NCBI GenBank assembly: GCA_015233115.1
Contig: JADFYJ010000006.1
Span: 65,801-129,800, forward strand
Reading direction: 5' to 3'
DNA length: 64,000 nt
Source of the DNA: Candidatus Omnitrophota bacterium
GTDB lineage: Bacteria; Omnitrophota; Gorgyraeia; Zapsychrales; Zapsychraceae
Shown here: positions 1 through 8,583 of the stretch, piece after piece
Layout of the letters: each line of letters begins with the position of its first letter
Position numbering within the stretch: the stretch's first letter is position 1
The notes under the pieces: model-generated
What the model was told of the DNA's origin: nothing
Database searches by the model: none
The model's input: only the letters and a program-made list of their open reading frames with translations
Translations under genes and position numbers: made by a program

Positions 1-1
1 A

Positions 2-169
2 TACGGCATGCACACTATGGATAAAAGTTTGGCGGTTCTTTACGAACGCGGATTGATTACCTATGAGGATGCTTTTGCTCAGGTTAAAGATCTTCAGGAA
101 TTTAAACAATTGCTGCATCAAAATTTGAGTCAGCAAAAAGGGCCAGGTAAGGAAAAAGACGAGAGATGA
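2..169 (+). CDS. C-terminal end of a PilT/PilU-type twitching-motility ATPase (runs off the window start)
   Basis: Hand translation YGMHTMDKSLAVLYERGLITYEDA...*, matching the PilT C-terminal GMQTMDxSLxxLYxxGxIT pattern; not in the ORF track. Confidence 0.7.
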   Translation, partial: YGMHTMDKSLAVLYERGLITYEDAFAQVKDLQEFKQLLHQNLSQQKGPGKEKDER

Positions 170-272
170 GGCTGTCCGTATATCTTCTGTAAAATAATCC
201 GCATAAATTCTTTATACTTTATCTTTTTTAAACTATATTCTATACTTTATATTTAATAGTTTGTAATCTGTT

Positions 273-405
273 GTAGGGGCGATCTCCCGATCGCCCGCAC
301 TATAAAAGATTTATAAATTTAACATTCCAGGGGTTTTTGGTTTAGTTTCATTTAAGTAAAAAAAACGAAAATTTTGTAAGCGGGCGATCGGGAGATCGCC
401 CCTAC
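273..405. repeat. Inverted pair of GTAG-type REP-like palindromes (REP doublet)
   Basis: GTAGGGGCGATCTCCCGATCGCCCG at 273-297 and its exact reverse complement at 381-405, with an AT-rich spacer. Confidence 0.85.
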
Positions 406-455
406 GACCAAGGACGTAATGTCCGCGTAGTACCAGGAGCTCCGCGAGTGGTGCA
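405..455 (+). repeat. ~52-bp dispersed repeat, copy 1
   Basis: CGACCAAGGACGTAATGTCCGCGTAGTACCAGGAGCTCCGCGAGTGGTGCA; related copy on the minus strand at 53217-53270 and a partial copy at 15842-15859. Confidence 0.75.
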
Positions 456-497
456 AAACTTTGTGCTCTCTACTTTTTTATCAAGAAAGGTTTTTTT

Positions 498-1694
498 ATG
501 CATGAATCAATGATTGAAGAAGCAAAACAAAAATTTGGGGCTTTACTTTTGGACCAGTGCAAACGGGTAGAGAAGATGAAGCAGAATGCTGAAAAAGTTG
601 ATTTTTCTAAACTTAAACCTATTGTAATAGGGTCTTGCTGGGGAGATGGCATCGGGGAAGTTATTTCAAAATTAAGCCAGGAAGTTCTGACGTTTGTTTT
701 AAAGGATGATATGAAGGCCGGACGAGTGGTGATCAAGGATATCGCGGGCTTGACCATAGAGAACCGAGTCAAACACATGAAAGCAATTCCCGATGCTGTT
801 TTAGAAGAAATTAAGTCATGTCACGTTATTTTAAAAGGCCCGACGACTACACCGCAGGCCGGAGATCCCTGGCCTAACATCGAAAGCGCGAATGTCGCCA
901 TGCGCCGCGCTTTAGATTTATTTGCGAATGTCCGGCCGGTAAAAATTCCGCAAATGGGAATTGATTGGTGTTTTTTTCGGGAGAATACTGAAGGGGCATA
1001 CGTGCTGGGATCAAAAGGTTTTGATGTCACCGAAGATATCAGTGTCGATTTTACCGTAGCTACGGAGCAAGGTTCAGAACGGATCATTCGGATGGGATTT
1101 GAATACGCGCGGATGAACGGAAAGACGCAAATTACGATTGTGACCAAGTCAAATATAATTAAAACCACTGACGGCCGTTTTTCTAAAGTGGCCAAACGTA
1201 TAGCGCAAGAATATCCCGGAATCAAAATGGAAGAATGGTATGTGGATATTATGTCCGCGAAATTGATTGATCCGGAACGGCAAAAAGATTTCCAAGTGAT
1301 TATTCTGCCGAATTTATACGGCGATATTTTAACGGATGAAGCCGCGCAGATTCAAGGCGGAGTAGGGACAGCGGGAAGCGCCAATATTGGAAATCGGTGG
1401 TCCATGTTTGAAGCCATTCATGGCAGTGCGCCGCGCATGGTTAAAGAAGGCAGAGCCAAGTATGCTGACCCTTGTTCCATGATCCGCGCCAGCGCAATGT
1501 TGTTACGTCATATCGGATATATGGAGCAAGCGGAAAAAATTGAAATGGCTTTGGATGTGTGCGGTCAGTTTGAAAAGAACATGGTCATAACCGGGCGGGA
1601 TACCGGAGTGACGGGTAAAGAATTTACCGAGTATGTGTTGTCATGGATTAATAATCCGAAGTTGAAGCAAGCGTGGATGGATGGAATCGCGTAG
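498..1694 (+). CDS. Isocitrate/isopropylmalate dehydrogenase family protein
   Basis: GDGIG, LKGPTTTP, RENTEG, PNLYGDILTDEAA and FEAIHGSAP motifs. Confidence 0.9.
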   Translation: MHESMIEEAKQKFGALLLDQCKRVEKMKQNAEKVDFSKLKPIVIGSCWGDGIGEVISKLSQEVLTFVLKDDMKAGRVVIKDIAGLTIENRVKHMKAIPDAVLEEIKSCHVILKGPTTTPQAGDPWPNIESANVAMRRALDLFANVRPVKIPQMGIDWCFFRENTEGAYVLGSKGFDVTEDISVDFTVATEQGSERIIRMGFEYARMNGKTQITIVTKSNIIKTTDGRFSKVAKRIAQEYPGIKMEEWYVDIMSAKLIDPERQKDFQVIILPNLYGDILTDEAAQIQGGVGTAGSANIGNRWSMFEAIHGSAPRMVKEGRAKYADPCSMIRASAMLLRHIGYMEQAEKIEMALDVCGQFEKNMVITGRDTGVTGKEFTEYVLSWINNPKLKQAWMDGIA

Positions 1695-1695
1695 A

Positions 1696-1970
1696 GTGAC
1701 AAAGTAACCGAGTAACAGAGTAACAGAGAAAATGCGATTGATGGTAAAGCGATGATGGCACAGCAATAATAAAACTTTGTTATTTGTTTTAAAATTTTTT
1801 GAAAATATATTTTTTAGTTATACTCGTTTTATTAAATTATTTTTTGCAACGCCACGTTTATGCTTTGTTTTATAAATTTAACGTTTTTGTGCTGTCACAA
1901 TATTACGTTGTTGCTTTGTATTTCTGTTACGCTGTTGCTTTGTTACTCTGTTACTCGGTTACTCTGTTAC
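1696..1970. repeat. Inverted-microsatellite element, 8-nt GTAAC(A/C)GA type
   Basis: Left arm GTGACAAA-GTAACCGA-GTAACAGA-GTAACAGA (1696-1727) then GAAAATGCGATTG; right arm six TCTGTTAC-like units (1923-1970). Confidence 0.9.
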
Positions 1971-1978
1971 TATAAATT

Positions 1979-2623
1979 ATGACAAATTATTTGTGCCAAT
2001 TCTTGGATTGGGGTTTGATTTCTTACCAGGATGCGTATCAGCGTCAGAAAGAATTGGTTGATAAAGTCAGCAGGAATGATCCGCAGAAATTAATAGTCTG
2101 CGAGCATCCGGCGGTTTTGACGTGCGGCCGGACATCCAAACCCGGCAATCTTCTGGTGAATGAAGAGATCCTTAAATCCCGGGGGATTGAGGTTCTTCGC
2201 GTTGACCGAGGCGGGGATATTACTCTGCACAGTCCGGGGCAAATGGTGATTTACCCGATATTTGATCTTAATTTTTATGGACGGGATCTGCATGTTTTTT
2301 TGAGAAAATTAGAGCAAGTAGTCATTGATTTATTAAGTGATTTTGATATAGTGGCTATAAGAATTCCCGGGAAGACGGGTGTATGGGTCGGCGGGAAAAA
2401 GATCGCGTCAATCGGTATCGGGGTTCGTAAATGGGTTTCTTTTCACGGCGTGGGTCTTAATATTGACACGGAATTATCTTTGTTTTCTGTGATGCGGCCC
2501 TGCGGACTTGATGTGGAAATGACTTCTTTGGCGCGGATTAAGGCAACATCAATTGATAAAATTAAACTTGTATCCCGTTTGAAAGAAAACTTTCGGCGGG
2601 AATTTAATTTAACATTTGGTTGA
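1979..2623 (+). CDS. lipB: Lipoyl(octanoyl) transferase
   Basis: EHPAVLTCGR, VDRGGDITLHSPGQ, KIASIGIGV and HGVGLN motifs. Confidence 0.92.
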   Translation: MTNYLCQFLDWGLISYQDAYQRQKELVDKVSRNDPQKLIVCEHPAVLTCGRTSKPGNLLVNEEILKSRGIEVLRVDRGGDITLHSPGQMVIYPIFDLNFYGRDLHVFLRKLEQVVIDLLSDFDIVAIRIPGKTGVWVGGKKIASIGIGVRKWVSFHGVGLNIDTELSLFSVMRPCGLDVEMTSLARIKATSIDKIKLVSRLKENFRREFNLTFG

Positions 2624-2626
2624 AAC

Positions 2627-2770
2627 GGTAATAGGTGAAAGGTGAGACGTGAAAGGTTAATTGTATTGTTCGCTGGTGCTCCAATGAAAAAACAATTGAT
2701 TTTAAAAAAGAATAATCCAAAATAATCAGCTAAACATTTTTTTACATTTCACTTTTCACATTTCACTTTT
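2627..2770. repeat. Inverted-microsatellite element, 7-nt GTGAAA(G/T) type
   Basis: Left GGTGAAA-GGTGAGA-CGTGAAA-GG; right TTTCACT-TTTCACA-TTTCACT. Confidence 0.7.
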
Positions 2771-2788
2771 TTCTTTTTAGGATAAGAT

Positions 2789-3040
2789 ATGTCAAAACAT
2801 ACATTATACGAATTAAAATTGCCCTCTTTGGGAGAAGGCATCAAATCGGCCACGGTCGTGGAATGGCTGGTCAAAGAGGGCGACATGGTTCAAGTTGACG
2901 ACGATCTGCTGGAGATTGCCACGGACAAAGCGACGTTCAATGTTCCGTCTGAGCATAAGGGACAATTGAAAAAAATAGCTGTAAAAGCAGGCGAAGACAT
3001 AGTGATCGGCGGGAAATTAGCGATCATTGAGGAGGCATAG
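2789..3040 (+). CDS. Stand-alone lipoyl-carrier domain protein
   Basis: LPSLGEGI...WLVKEGD...EIATDKA lipoyl-lysine motif; next to lipB. Confidence 0.85.
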   Translation: MSKHTLYELKLPSLGEGIKSATVVEWLVKEGDMVQVDDDLLEIATDKATFNVPSEHKGQLKKIAVKAGEDIVIGGKLAIIEEA

Positions 3041-3043
3041 ATC

Positions 3044-4177
3044 ATGACCGCGGTTGAAACAAAACGCAAACGTGTTTTATTAATGTATATCACCAAAGTA
3101 TCCGGCCATAGGCAGGCGACGATTGCGATTCAAAAATCTCTCAAAGCCATTGATCCGACGCTGGAAACGCCGGCGATTAATGGTTTTGGTTATACTTATC
3201 CCATCCTTGAAAAAATGGTCAATCAGGCCTATATGAGCGTGATCAAAACCACGCCTCAATTATGGGATTATTTATACGATAATCCGAAATTTTTTAAACG
3301 GTCGCAGAATATAAAAAAGTTTTTGTTTAAAAGCAGTCATGCCAAACTTGAGCGTTTATTTAAGCGGCATGATCCCAGTGTGGTGGTATGCACCCAAGCT
3401 TTCCCGTGCGGAATGGTCGCGGACTTTAAACGCCAGCACAATTTGGATTTCAAAATTGTCGGGGTATTAACGGATTTCGCGCCGCATTCTTATTGGATTA
3501 ATGACGGGGTGGATTATTATGTGGTGCCGTCTCAAGATTCTAAAGAGCGTTTTATGGCCAAAGGCGTCCCCGCGCCAATGATTAAAGTATACGGGATTCC
3601 GGTTAAGCATAAATTCGCGCAAAAGCATGAACAGCATACGGCGGCTCGCAACCTGGGATTAGATCCGTCCATTCCTTTGATTTTAGTGATGGGCGGAGGA
3701 CAAGGGTTGGGACCGATTAAAAAAATTGTTAAATCTTTGAGCAAAATTAATACAGCGGTTCAGATTGTGGTTTTGGCCGGTAATAACAAAAAGGTTATTG
3801 ATAAATTAAAAAAACTGGTTAAAAAATCTGAAAATAAAATTATGCCGATGGGTTTTTTAAAGAATGTGGATGAGTATATGGACGCGGCCTCAGTCATCAT
3901 CACGAAACCCGGCGGGATCACCACAGCTGAATCGCTGGTTAAGGGTTTGCCTATGGCGATCATTGATCCTTTGCCTGGCCAGGAAATGAGGAATACGGAT
4001 TTTTTAATTAAAAATGGCATCGCGATCCGTGTAGACAGCGCCAGTGATATTGGGGAAGAGATCGAAGTGTTATTGAAGACTCCGTCCCGGCTGGCCGCGA
4101 TGCGTAAAGCCGCGTTGGAATTTTCTTATCCTGATTCCTCCATGGATATCGCGCGTTTGATCATGGAACAACTGTAA
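3044..4177 (+). CDS. MGDG-synthase/UgtP-like diacylglycerol glycosyltransferase (GT28)
   Basis: SGH, VLTDFAPH, MGGGQGLG, ITKPGGITTAE and PGQE motifs. Confidence 0.85.
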   Translation: MTAVETKRKRVLLMYITKVSGHRQATIAIQKSLKAIDPTLETPAINGFGYTYPILEKMVNQAYMSVIKTTPQLWDYLYDNPKFFKRSQNIKKFLFKSSHAKLERLFKRHDPSVVVCTQAFPCGMVADFKRQHNLDFKIVGVLTDFAPHSYWINDGVDYYVVPSQDSKERFMAKGVPAPMIKVYGIPVKHKFAQKHEQHTAARNLGLDPSIPLILVMGGGQGLGPIKKIVKSLSKINTAVQIVVLAGNNKKVIDKLKKLVKKSENKIMPMGFLKNVDEYMDAASVIITKPGGITTAESLVKGLPMAIIDPLPGQEMRNTDFLIKNGIAIRVDSASDIGEEIEVLLKTPSRLAAMRKAALEFSYPDSSMDIARLIMEQL

Positions 4178-4183
4178 AAAATC

Positions 4184-4317
4184 GGTTGATGGTTGTTGGT
4201 TTGTGGTTAAAACATTAGTTTTTTTTAAAAGCACAATGTCATTATATTATTGGTTTTTAGTTGTTGGTTAAATTATTCGTTTTGTCCAAAAACCAAAAAC
4301 AATCAACCATCAACCAT
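4184..4317. repeat. Inverted-microsatellite element, 7-nt GGTTGWT/AACCA type
   Basis: Left GGTTGAT-GGTTGTT-GGTTTGT-GGTT; second inner left arm at 4252; right AACCAAA-AACAATC-AACCATC-AACCAT. Confidence 0.8.
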
Positions 4318-4334
4318 AATAATTTTTTAATACC

Positions 4335-5204
4335 ATGCTCAGATTTATATTTTTTAAATTTTTCAAATTTCTGGTCAATGTTCTTCCGTTAACATGGTCT
4401 TATAAAGCGGCGGAAGGGATAGCCAAAGTTTATTGTTTTTTTAAACGAACCGAGCAAGAGGCTGTTAAACGCAATCTCCTCGCCATTGATCCGGAGATGA
4501 AGAATTTAGACGCGGCATCCCGGGCCGTGTTTCAGAATTTTAGTTGTTATCTGGTCGAATTTTTAATGATGTTCCGGTTGGTTAATGATAAGGATTTGGG
4601 TCAGAGGTTTGAATTCCGGGGTTTTGAGCATATTGAGCAATATGTCAAAACAGGCAAGCCGGCGATTATATTAACGGCGCACATCGGGAATTGGGAATTG
4701 GGCGGCGCTCTGCTGGCTAAAAAAGGGTGCGCGGTTACGGCTGTGGCCTTACAGCACAAAGAATCATTAGTTAATAATTTTTTTGATCAGCAACGCTTGT
4801 TGTGCGGTATCGAAGTGGCGTCAACTGCTTACGCGGTCAAGGAGTGTTTGAAGGCTTTAAAAAACAACCGCATTGTCGCCATTGTCGGCGATAAGGATTT
4901 TACGGGAAGCGGCAGTCCGGCTGATTTGTTCGGGCACAAAATTGTTCTTCCTCGCGGCGCGGCATTGTTCGCCCAGCGTGCCCATGTTCCGGTTATCCCG
5001 ACATTTTTAATTAGGCAGGGGCAAGGGCATTTTGTTTTGCATGTTTATCCGCCGGTCACGCCTGAAGATATTAAACTTGAAAAAAATAAAAAATTCGGGG
5101 TTTATGAAGATTTAATTATCCATCAGTATACCGAGGCATTGGAAGACATTATTAAAAAATATCCATCGCAATGGATTGTTTTTAAGGAGTTTTGGCAATC
5201 ATGA
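4335..5204 (+). CDS. Lipid A lauroyltransferase-like (LpxL/HtrB family) lysophospholipid acyltransferase
   Basis: TAHIGNWELGG motif, A-L-F-A...P-V-I-P region and C-terminal YPSQW. Confidence 0.85.
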   Translation: MLRFIFFKFFKFLVNVLPLTWSYKAAEGIAKVYCFFKRTEQEAVKRNLLAIDPEMKNLDAASRAVFQNFSCYLVEFLMMFRLVNDKDLGQRFEFRGFEHIEQYVKTGKPAIILTAHIGNWELGGALLAKKGCAVTAVALQHKESLVNNFFDQQRLLCGIEVASTAYAVKECLKALKNNRIVAIVGDKDFTGSGSPADLFGHKIVLPRGAALFAQRAHVPVIPTFLIRQGQGHFVLHVYPPVTPEDIKLEKNKKFGVYEDLIIHQYTEALEDIIKKYPSQWIVFKEFWQS

Positions 5205-5875
5205 GAGTTTGTATTTTGATCCCAGCTCATAATGAGATCAGAGCTATTGGTGTTTTGGTAACAACTTTACGGGCCCAAAATCTGGAAGTGTTGGTGGTTG
5301 ATGACGGGTCAACGGATGGCACATCAGACGCGGCTAAAAATGCCGGTGCAGTTGTGCTTCGCAATGAAGAATGCAAAGGCAAAGGATTTTCGCTCAGACA
5401 AGGATTTAATTGGGTTCTCAATCGTGGTTATCAGGGAGTGGTAACTATGGATGGCGACGGTCAGCATGATCCGGAGGATTTATCTAAATTTTTAGCTAAA
5501 GCTGAATCTAAAGAATGCGGGATTATCAATGGTGACCGCCTCTCGAATGCTAAGGGTATGCCATTACTGCGATATACTGTCAATTGCTTGATGTCATGGA
5601 TAATTTCATTGGTATGTAAACAAAAAATTGCTGATAGTCAATGCGGGTACCGGTATATATGTTGCGATGTCTTGAAATATTTCGAACTCAATACGGACGG
5701 ATTTGAAATTGAATCTGAACTTTTGATCAAGGCCGCCAGGAGGCGGATAAAAATTGACGCGGTCCCGGTCAAGACGATCTACGGCCAGGAACTTAGCAAA
5801 GTCCGTCCCGTCCGTGATACAATAAAATTCATCCAGTTTTTAACAAAACAATTAATAGGAGACAAAAGGCAATAA
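5201..5875 (+). CDS. Glycosyltransferase family 2 (polyprenol-phosphate glycosyltransferase-like)
   Basis: LIPAHNE, VDDGSTDGT, GKG, MDGDGQH and DSQCGYR motifs; ATG at 5201 overlaps the upstream TGA. Confidence 0.88.
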   Translation: MRVCILIPAHNEIRAIGVLVTTLRAQNLEVLVVDDGSTDGTSDAAKNAGAVVLRNEECKGKGFSLRQGFNWVLNRGYQGVVTMDGDGQHDPEDLSKFLAKAESKECGIINGDRLSNAKGMPLLRYTVNCLMSWIISLVCKQKIADSQCGYRYICCDVLKYFELNTDGFEIESELLIKAARRRIKIDAVPVKTIYGQELSKVRPVRDTIKFIQFLTKQLIGDKRQ

Positions 5876-5895
5876 GAGGGCATAGCCTATCGCCT
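5854..5895. repeat. Minimal inverted-microsatellite element, TAGGC/GCCTA type
   Basis: AATAGG...AGGCAAT followed by ATAGCCT-ATCGCCT, the same right-arm units as at 15891-15904. Confidence 0.5.
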
Positions 5896-5905
5896 GTTTT
5901 ATTAT

Positions 5906-6598
5906 ATGTCCAATCGTATTTTTACATTTTGTTTGATAAGTTCTTTGGTGATCCATATCGTTTTGATACTGGGGTTGAGCTGGCATATCCATTTGCTTTC
6001 TGTTCATCAGAAACAAGCTGTTGAAGTGACTTATAATGTGTCCCGGAATAAATCCAAAGCGATTATTGAAAAACAACTGGAAATGGCGAAAAAAAACTTT
6101 AAACCGGATCCTAAAAAAGATTTGGATATTCTTTCTAAAGATTCTTCCAAATTAGCTTTTGATAAAACTAGTTTTAAAAGTATCGAAAAAACTCCGACAG
6201 ATTTTAAACTGGACCACGATTTTAGTCATGTCACCCGGCACATGACAAAAGAAAAAGTATCCATTCCGCTTTTAGATTCCCAGGAAATTAGTAATCCTAA
6301 ATATCAGAATTATAATCAGGTGATACGCCAACGCATCAAAGAGCATGCATATTATTATGTGGATCATCCGGATTTTCGTTCAGGAGAAGTTTATTTGACT
6401 TTTGTGATTAATGGTCGCGGCGAATTAGCGGCAGTGCGGGTGATTGAATCCCGTACGCGGGCGAATGATTATTTAAAGACTATTGCCATGCAAAGTGTAA
6501 AAGATTCCGCTCCATTTCCGGCGTTCCCAACAGATTTGAAATATCCGGAATTGACGTTTAATGTGGTGATATCATTTGAAGTGGATGGACAGAAATAG
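5906..6598 (+). CDS. TonB C-terminal domain protein (energy transducer-like)
   Basis: N-terminal TM helix with SxxxH; C-terminal GEVYLTFVINGRG...SAPFPAFP TonB-C pattern. Confidence 0.7.
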   Translation: MSNRIFTFCLISSLVIHIVLILGLSWHIHLLSVHQKQAVEVTYNVSRNKSKAIIEKQLEMAKKNFKPDPKKDLDILSKDSSKLAFDKTSFKSIEKTPTDFKLDHDFSHVTRHMTKEKVSIPLLDSQEISNPKYQNYNQVIRQRIKEHAYYYVDHPDFRSGEVYLTFVINGRGELAAVRVIESRTRANDYLKTIAMQSVKDSAPFPAFPTDLKYPELTFNVVISFEVDGQK

Positions 6599-6619
6599 GA
6601 TAATATTGAAAGGAGATAT

Positions 6620-6868
6620 ATGGAAATTGATTTTTTGAATTATGTTTTGAGTTTGGGATATCAAGCTATGGTTTTCTTAGGAGAAATACCTAATCCGTCG
6701 ACCAACAAAGAAGAAAAAAATTTGGATCAGGCGAAATTATTGATTGATACCTTGGTGATGTTGAAAGAAAAAACCCGGGGCAATCTTACTGAAGAAGAAG
6801 CGAATTTGTTAGAAAATTCACTCGCTGAATTGCAAATGAAGTACGTGGAGGCTGGAGCCAAAATATAA
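6620..6868 (+). CDS. DUF1844 family protein
   Basis: QAMVFLGEIPNP...AKLLIDTLVMLKEKTRGNLTEEE...LQMKYV. Confidence 0.8.
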   Translation: MEIDFLNYVLSLGYQAMVFLGEIPNPSTNKEEKNLDQAKLLIDTLVMLKEKTRGNLTEEEANLLENSLAELQMKYVEAGAKI

Positions 6869-6872
6869 AAGC

Positions 6873-6938
6873 GGTTTTTAGTTGTTGGTTGTTGAAAGTG
6901 TTTTTGTCCAAAAACCAAAAACTATAATCCATCAACCA
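6873..6938. repeat. Inverted-microsatellite element, GGTT/AACC type
   Basis: Arms nearly identical to 4252-4317 (GGTTTTTAGTTGTTGGTT ... TTTTGTCCAAAAACCAAAAAC...CCATCAACCAT). Confidence 0.8.
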
Positions 6939-6954
6939 TGAAAAGAGACAAGAC

Positions 6955-7392
6955 ATGAAAAGAATTCTTGTAATCAATGGACCGAATTTGAATTTGCTGG
7001 GCGAGCGGGAGACTGGTATTTACGGAAAAGTCTCGCTCGAAGATATTAATAAACTTCTTACTGTCGCAGCCAAAACGCATCAGGTATCTTTGGAGTTTTT
7101 CCAATCTAATCATGAAGGTGAAATTGTAGATAAAATTGGTCAAGTTAAAGCCGAAGGTTTTAGCGGCATCTTGATCAACCCCGCCGCTTACACTCATACC
7201 AGCATCGCGATCCGTGACGCGGTTGCTGCTGTTGTGATTCCTACTGTCGAAGTCCATTTATCCAATATCCATGCCCGGGAAGAATTTCGTCATAAATCGC
7301 TTATTGCACCTGTGGCACAAGGCCAAATCAGCGGTTTTGGCCCCCAAAGTTATGTCTTAGGTCTGCAAGCATTGGCAGGGATAATAAAATAA
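6955..7392 (+). CDS. aroQ: Type II 3-dehydroquinate dehydratase
   Basis: [28 protein letters not shown] and [15 protein letters not shown] motifs. Confidence 0.96.
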   Translation: MKRILVINGPNLNLLGERETGIYGKVSLEDINKLLTVAAKTHQVSLEFFQSNHEGEIVDKIGQVKAEGFSGILINPAAYTHTSIAIRDAVAAVVIPTVEVHLSNIHAREEFRHKSLIAPVAQGQISGFGPQSYVLGLQALAGIIK

Positions 7393-7394
7393 AT
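7345..7394 (+). repeat. 50-bp direct repeat, copy 1 (aroQ 3' end)
   Basis: Aligns without gaps to 8534-8583 with 7 mismatches; the last 23 nt (TTGGCAGGGATAATAAAATAAAT) are identical. Confidence 0.9.
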
Positions 7395-7413
7395 AGGTCT
7401 GTCCCTAATTATT
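7391..7413 (+). other. Putative recombination site, TGTCCC type (left boundary of cassette 1)
   Basis: AAATAGGTCTGTCCCTAATTATT; inverted counterpart AATATATAGGGACAGTCCGTATTT at 8507-8530. Confidence 0.55.
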
Positions 7414-7425
7414 GGAGCTAAACAT

Positions 7426-7923
7426 ATGAACAAAAAAAATGGCATTGTTTTACTTGGATTGCTCTTATCAGTTTCTTTGGCATGGGCACAAGCACAAAAT
7501 TTAGATTCCGCTGATACAAAAATTATCCTGGAGCGCAGAGGGTGCTTTGGGACTTGCCCTGCTTATAAATTAACCATTTATCCTGACGGGAAAATTAATT
7601 TTTTAGGAAAAGAATATGTGAAGGCCATGGGGCCGCATGTTAAAAGAATATCTTCCGATAAGCTGGCTCTGATATGGCGTGAACTGGAGAATACAAAATT
7701 TTTTGATTTGGATGGCAAATATGATTGTGAAGATGTGACAGATCAGGCGACAACTATAACAACGGTTATAAAAGACGGCAGTATAAAACAAATTGTCCAT
7801 TACCAGGGCTGTATGTCCGCGAATAAAAAAGAACTCTCTGCGTTGACTAAATTGGAAGATAAAATAGATAAGCTGGCAGGGATTGATGATTGGCTTTTAT
7901 ATGAAAAAAGAAAAAAGAAGTGA
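7426..7923 (+). CDS. Exported DUF6438-like protein
   Basis: Signal peptide; LERRGCFGTCPAYKLTIYPDG and VTDQAT motifs. Confidence 0.7.
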   Translation: MNKKNGIVLLGLLLSVSLAWAQAQNLDSADTKIILERRGCFGTCPAYKLTIYPDGKINFLGKEYVKAMGPHVKRISSDKLALIWRELENTKFFDLDGKYDCEDVTDQATTITTVIKDGSIKQIVHYQGCMSANKKELSALTKLEDKIDKLAGIDDWLLYEKRKKK

Positions 7924-7984
7924 GAAGTAGATCCTTGATTGTGTACGGGATTTGTAGTACACTTTATTTGGAAAGGATAAAGAG

Positions 7985-8245
7985 ATGATAAAGCAATCAA
8001 GGGTTGAGGCCAGAGTCGCTTTGAAATTAAAAAATGAAGTCGGATCTGTATTAAAAAGACTGGACATTTCTGAATCGGAAGCGATTCGGATATATTTTAG
8101 GCAAATTGCTCTTACCAAAGGCATTCCTTTTGAAATAAAAATCCCTAATAAAGAAACGATCAGCGCGTTAAATGAAGTAACCACGGCTAAGTTAAGGGAA
8201 TTCAAAAGTTTTGATGAGTATCTTAAAGGTATCGATGCCGAATGA
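7985..8245 (+). CDS. RelB/DinJ family antitoxin
   Basis: SEAIRIYFRQIALTKGIPFEIKIPNKET; GTGTAC...GTACAC inverted operator-like site upstream (~7941-7961). Confidence 0.88.
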   Translation: MIKQSRVEARVALKLKNEVGSVLKRLDISESEAIRIYFRQIALTKGIPFEIKIPNKETISALNEVTTAKLREFKSFDEYLKGIDAE

Positions 8246-8508
8246 GAATTATTTCTCCTACCAGACAATTTGACCGTGATTTAAAAAAATTATTAAAACG
8301 CAAAAAAGAAATATCAAAATTAAAAGCTGTGGTTGATTTGCTTTCGGGTGAAGGCCGACTGCCTTTAAAATATAAACCGCATGCATTAGTCGGTGATTGG
8401 ATCCCGTGTTGGGATTGTCATATAGAACCAGATTGGCTATTAATTTATCAAGTGACTGAGACTCACGTGTATTTATTCCGAATCGGTAGTCATTCAGATT
8501 TGTTTTAA
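8242..8508 (+). CDS. YafQ family mRNA interferase toxin
   Basis: HALVGDW...DCHIEPDWLLIY...RIGSHSDLF. Confidence 0.9.
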   Translation: MRIISPTRQFDRDLKKLLKRKKEISKLKAVVDLLSGEGRLPLKYKPHALVGDWIPCWDCHIEPDWLLIYQVTETHVYLFRIGSHSDLF

Positions 8509-8530
8509 TATATAGGGACAGTCCGTATTT
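8507..8530 (-). other. Putative recombination site, GGGACA type (right boundary of cassette 1)
   Basis: Inverted relative to 7391-7413. Confidence 0.55.
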
Positions 8531-8533
8531 ATT

Positions 8534-8583
8534 CAAAGTTGTGTGTTAAGGCAGGAAGCGTTGGCAGGGATAATAAAATAAAT
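8534..8583 (+). repeat. 50-bp direct repeat, copy 2 (degenerate duplicate of the aroQ 3' end)
   Basis: See 7345-7394; its last bases supply the AT of the downstream ATG. Confidence 0.9.
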
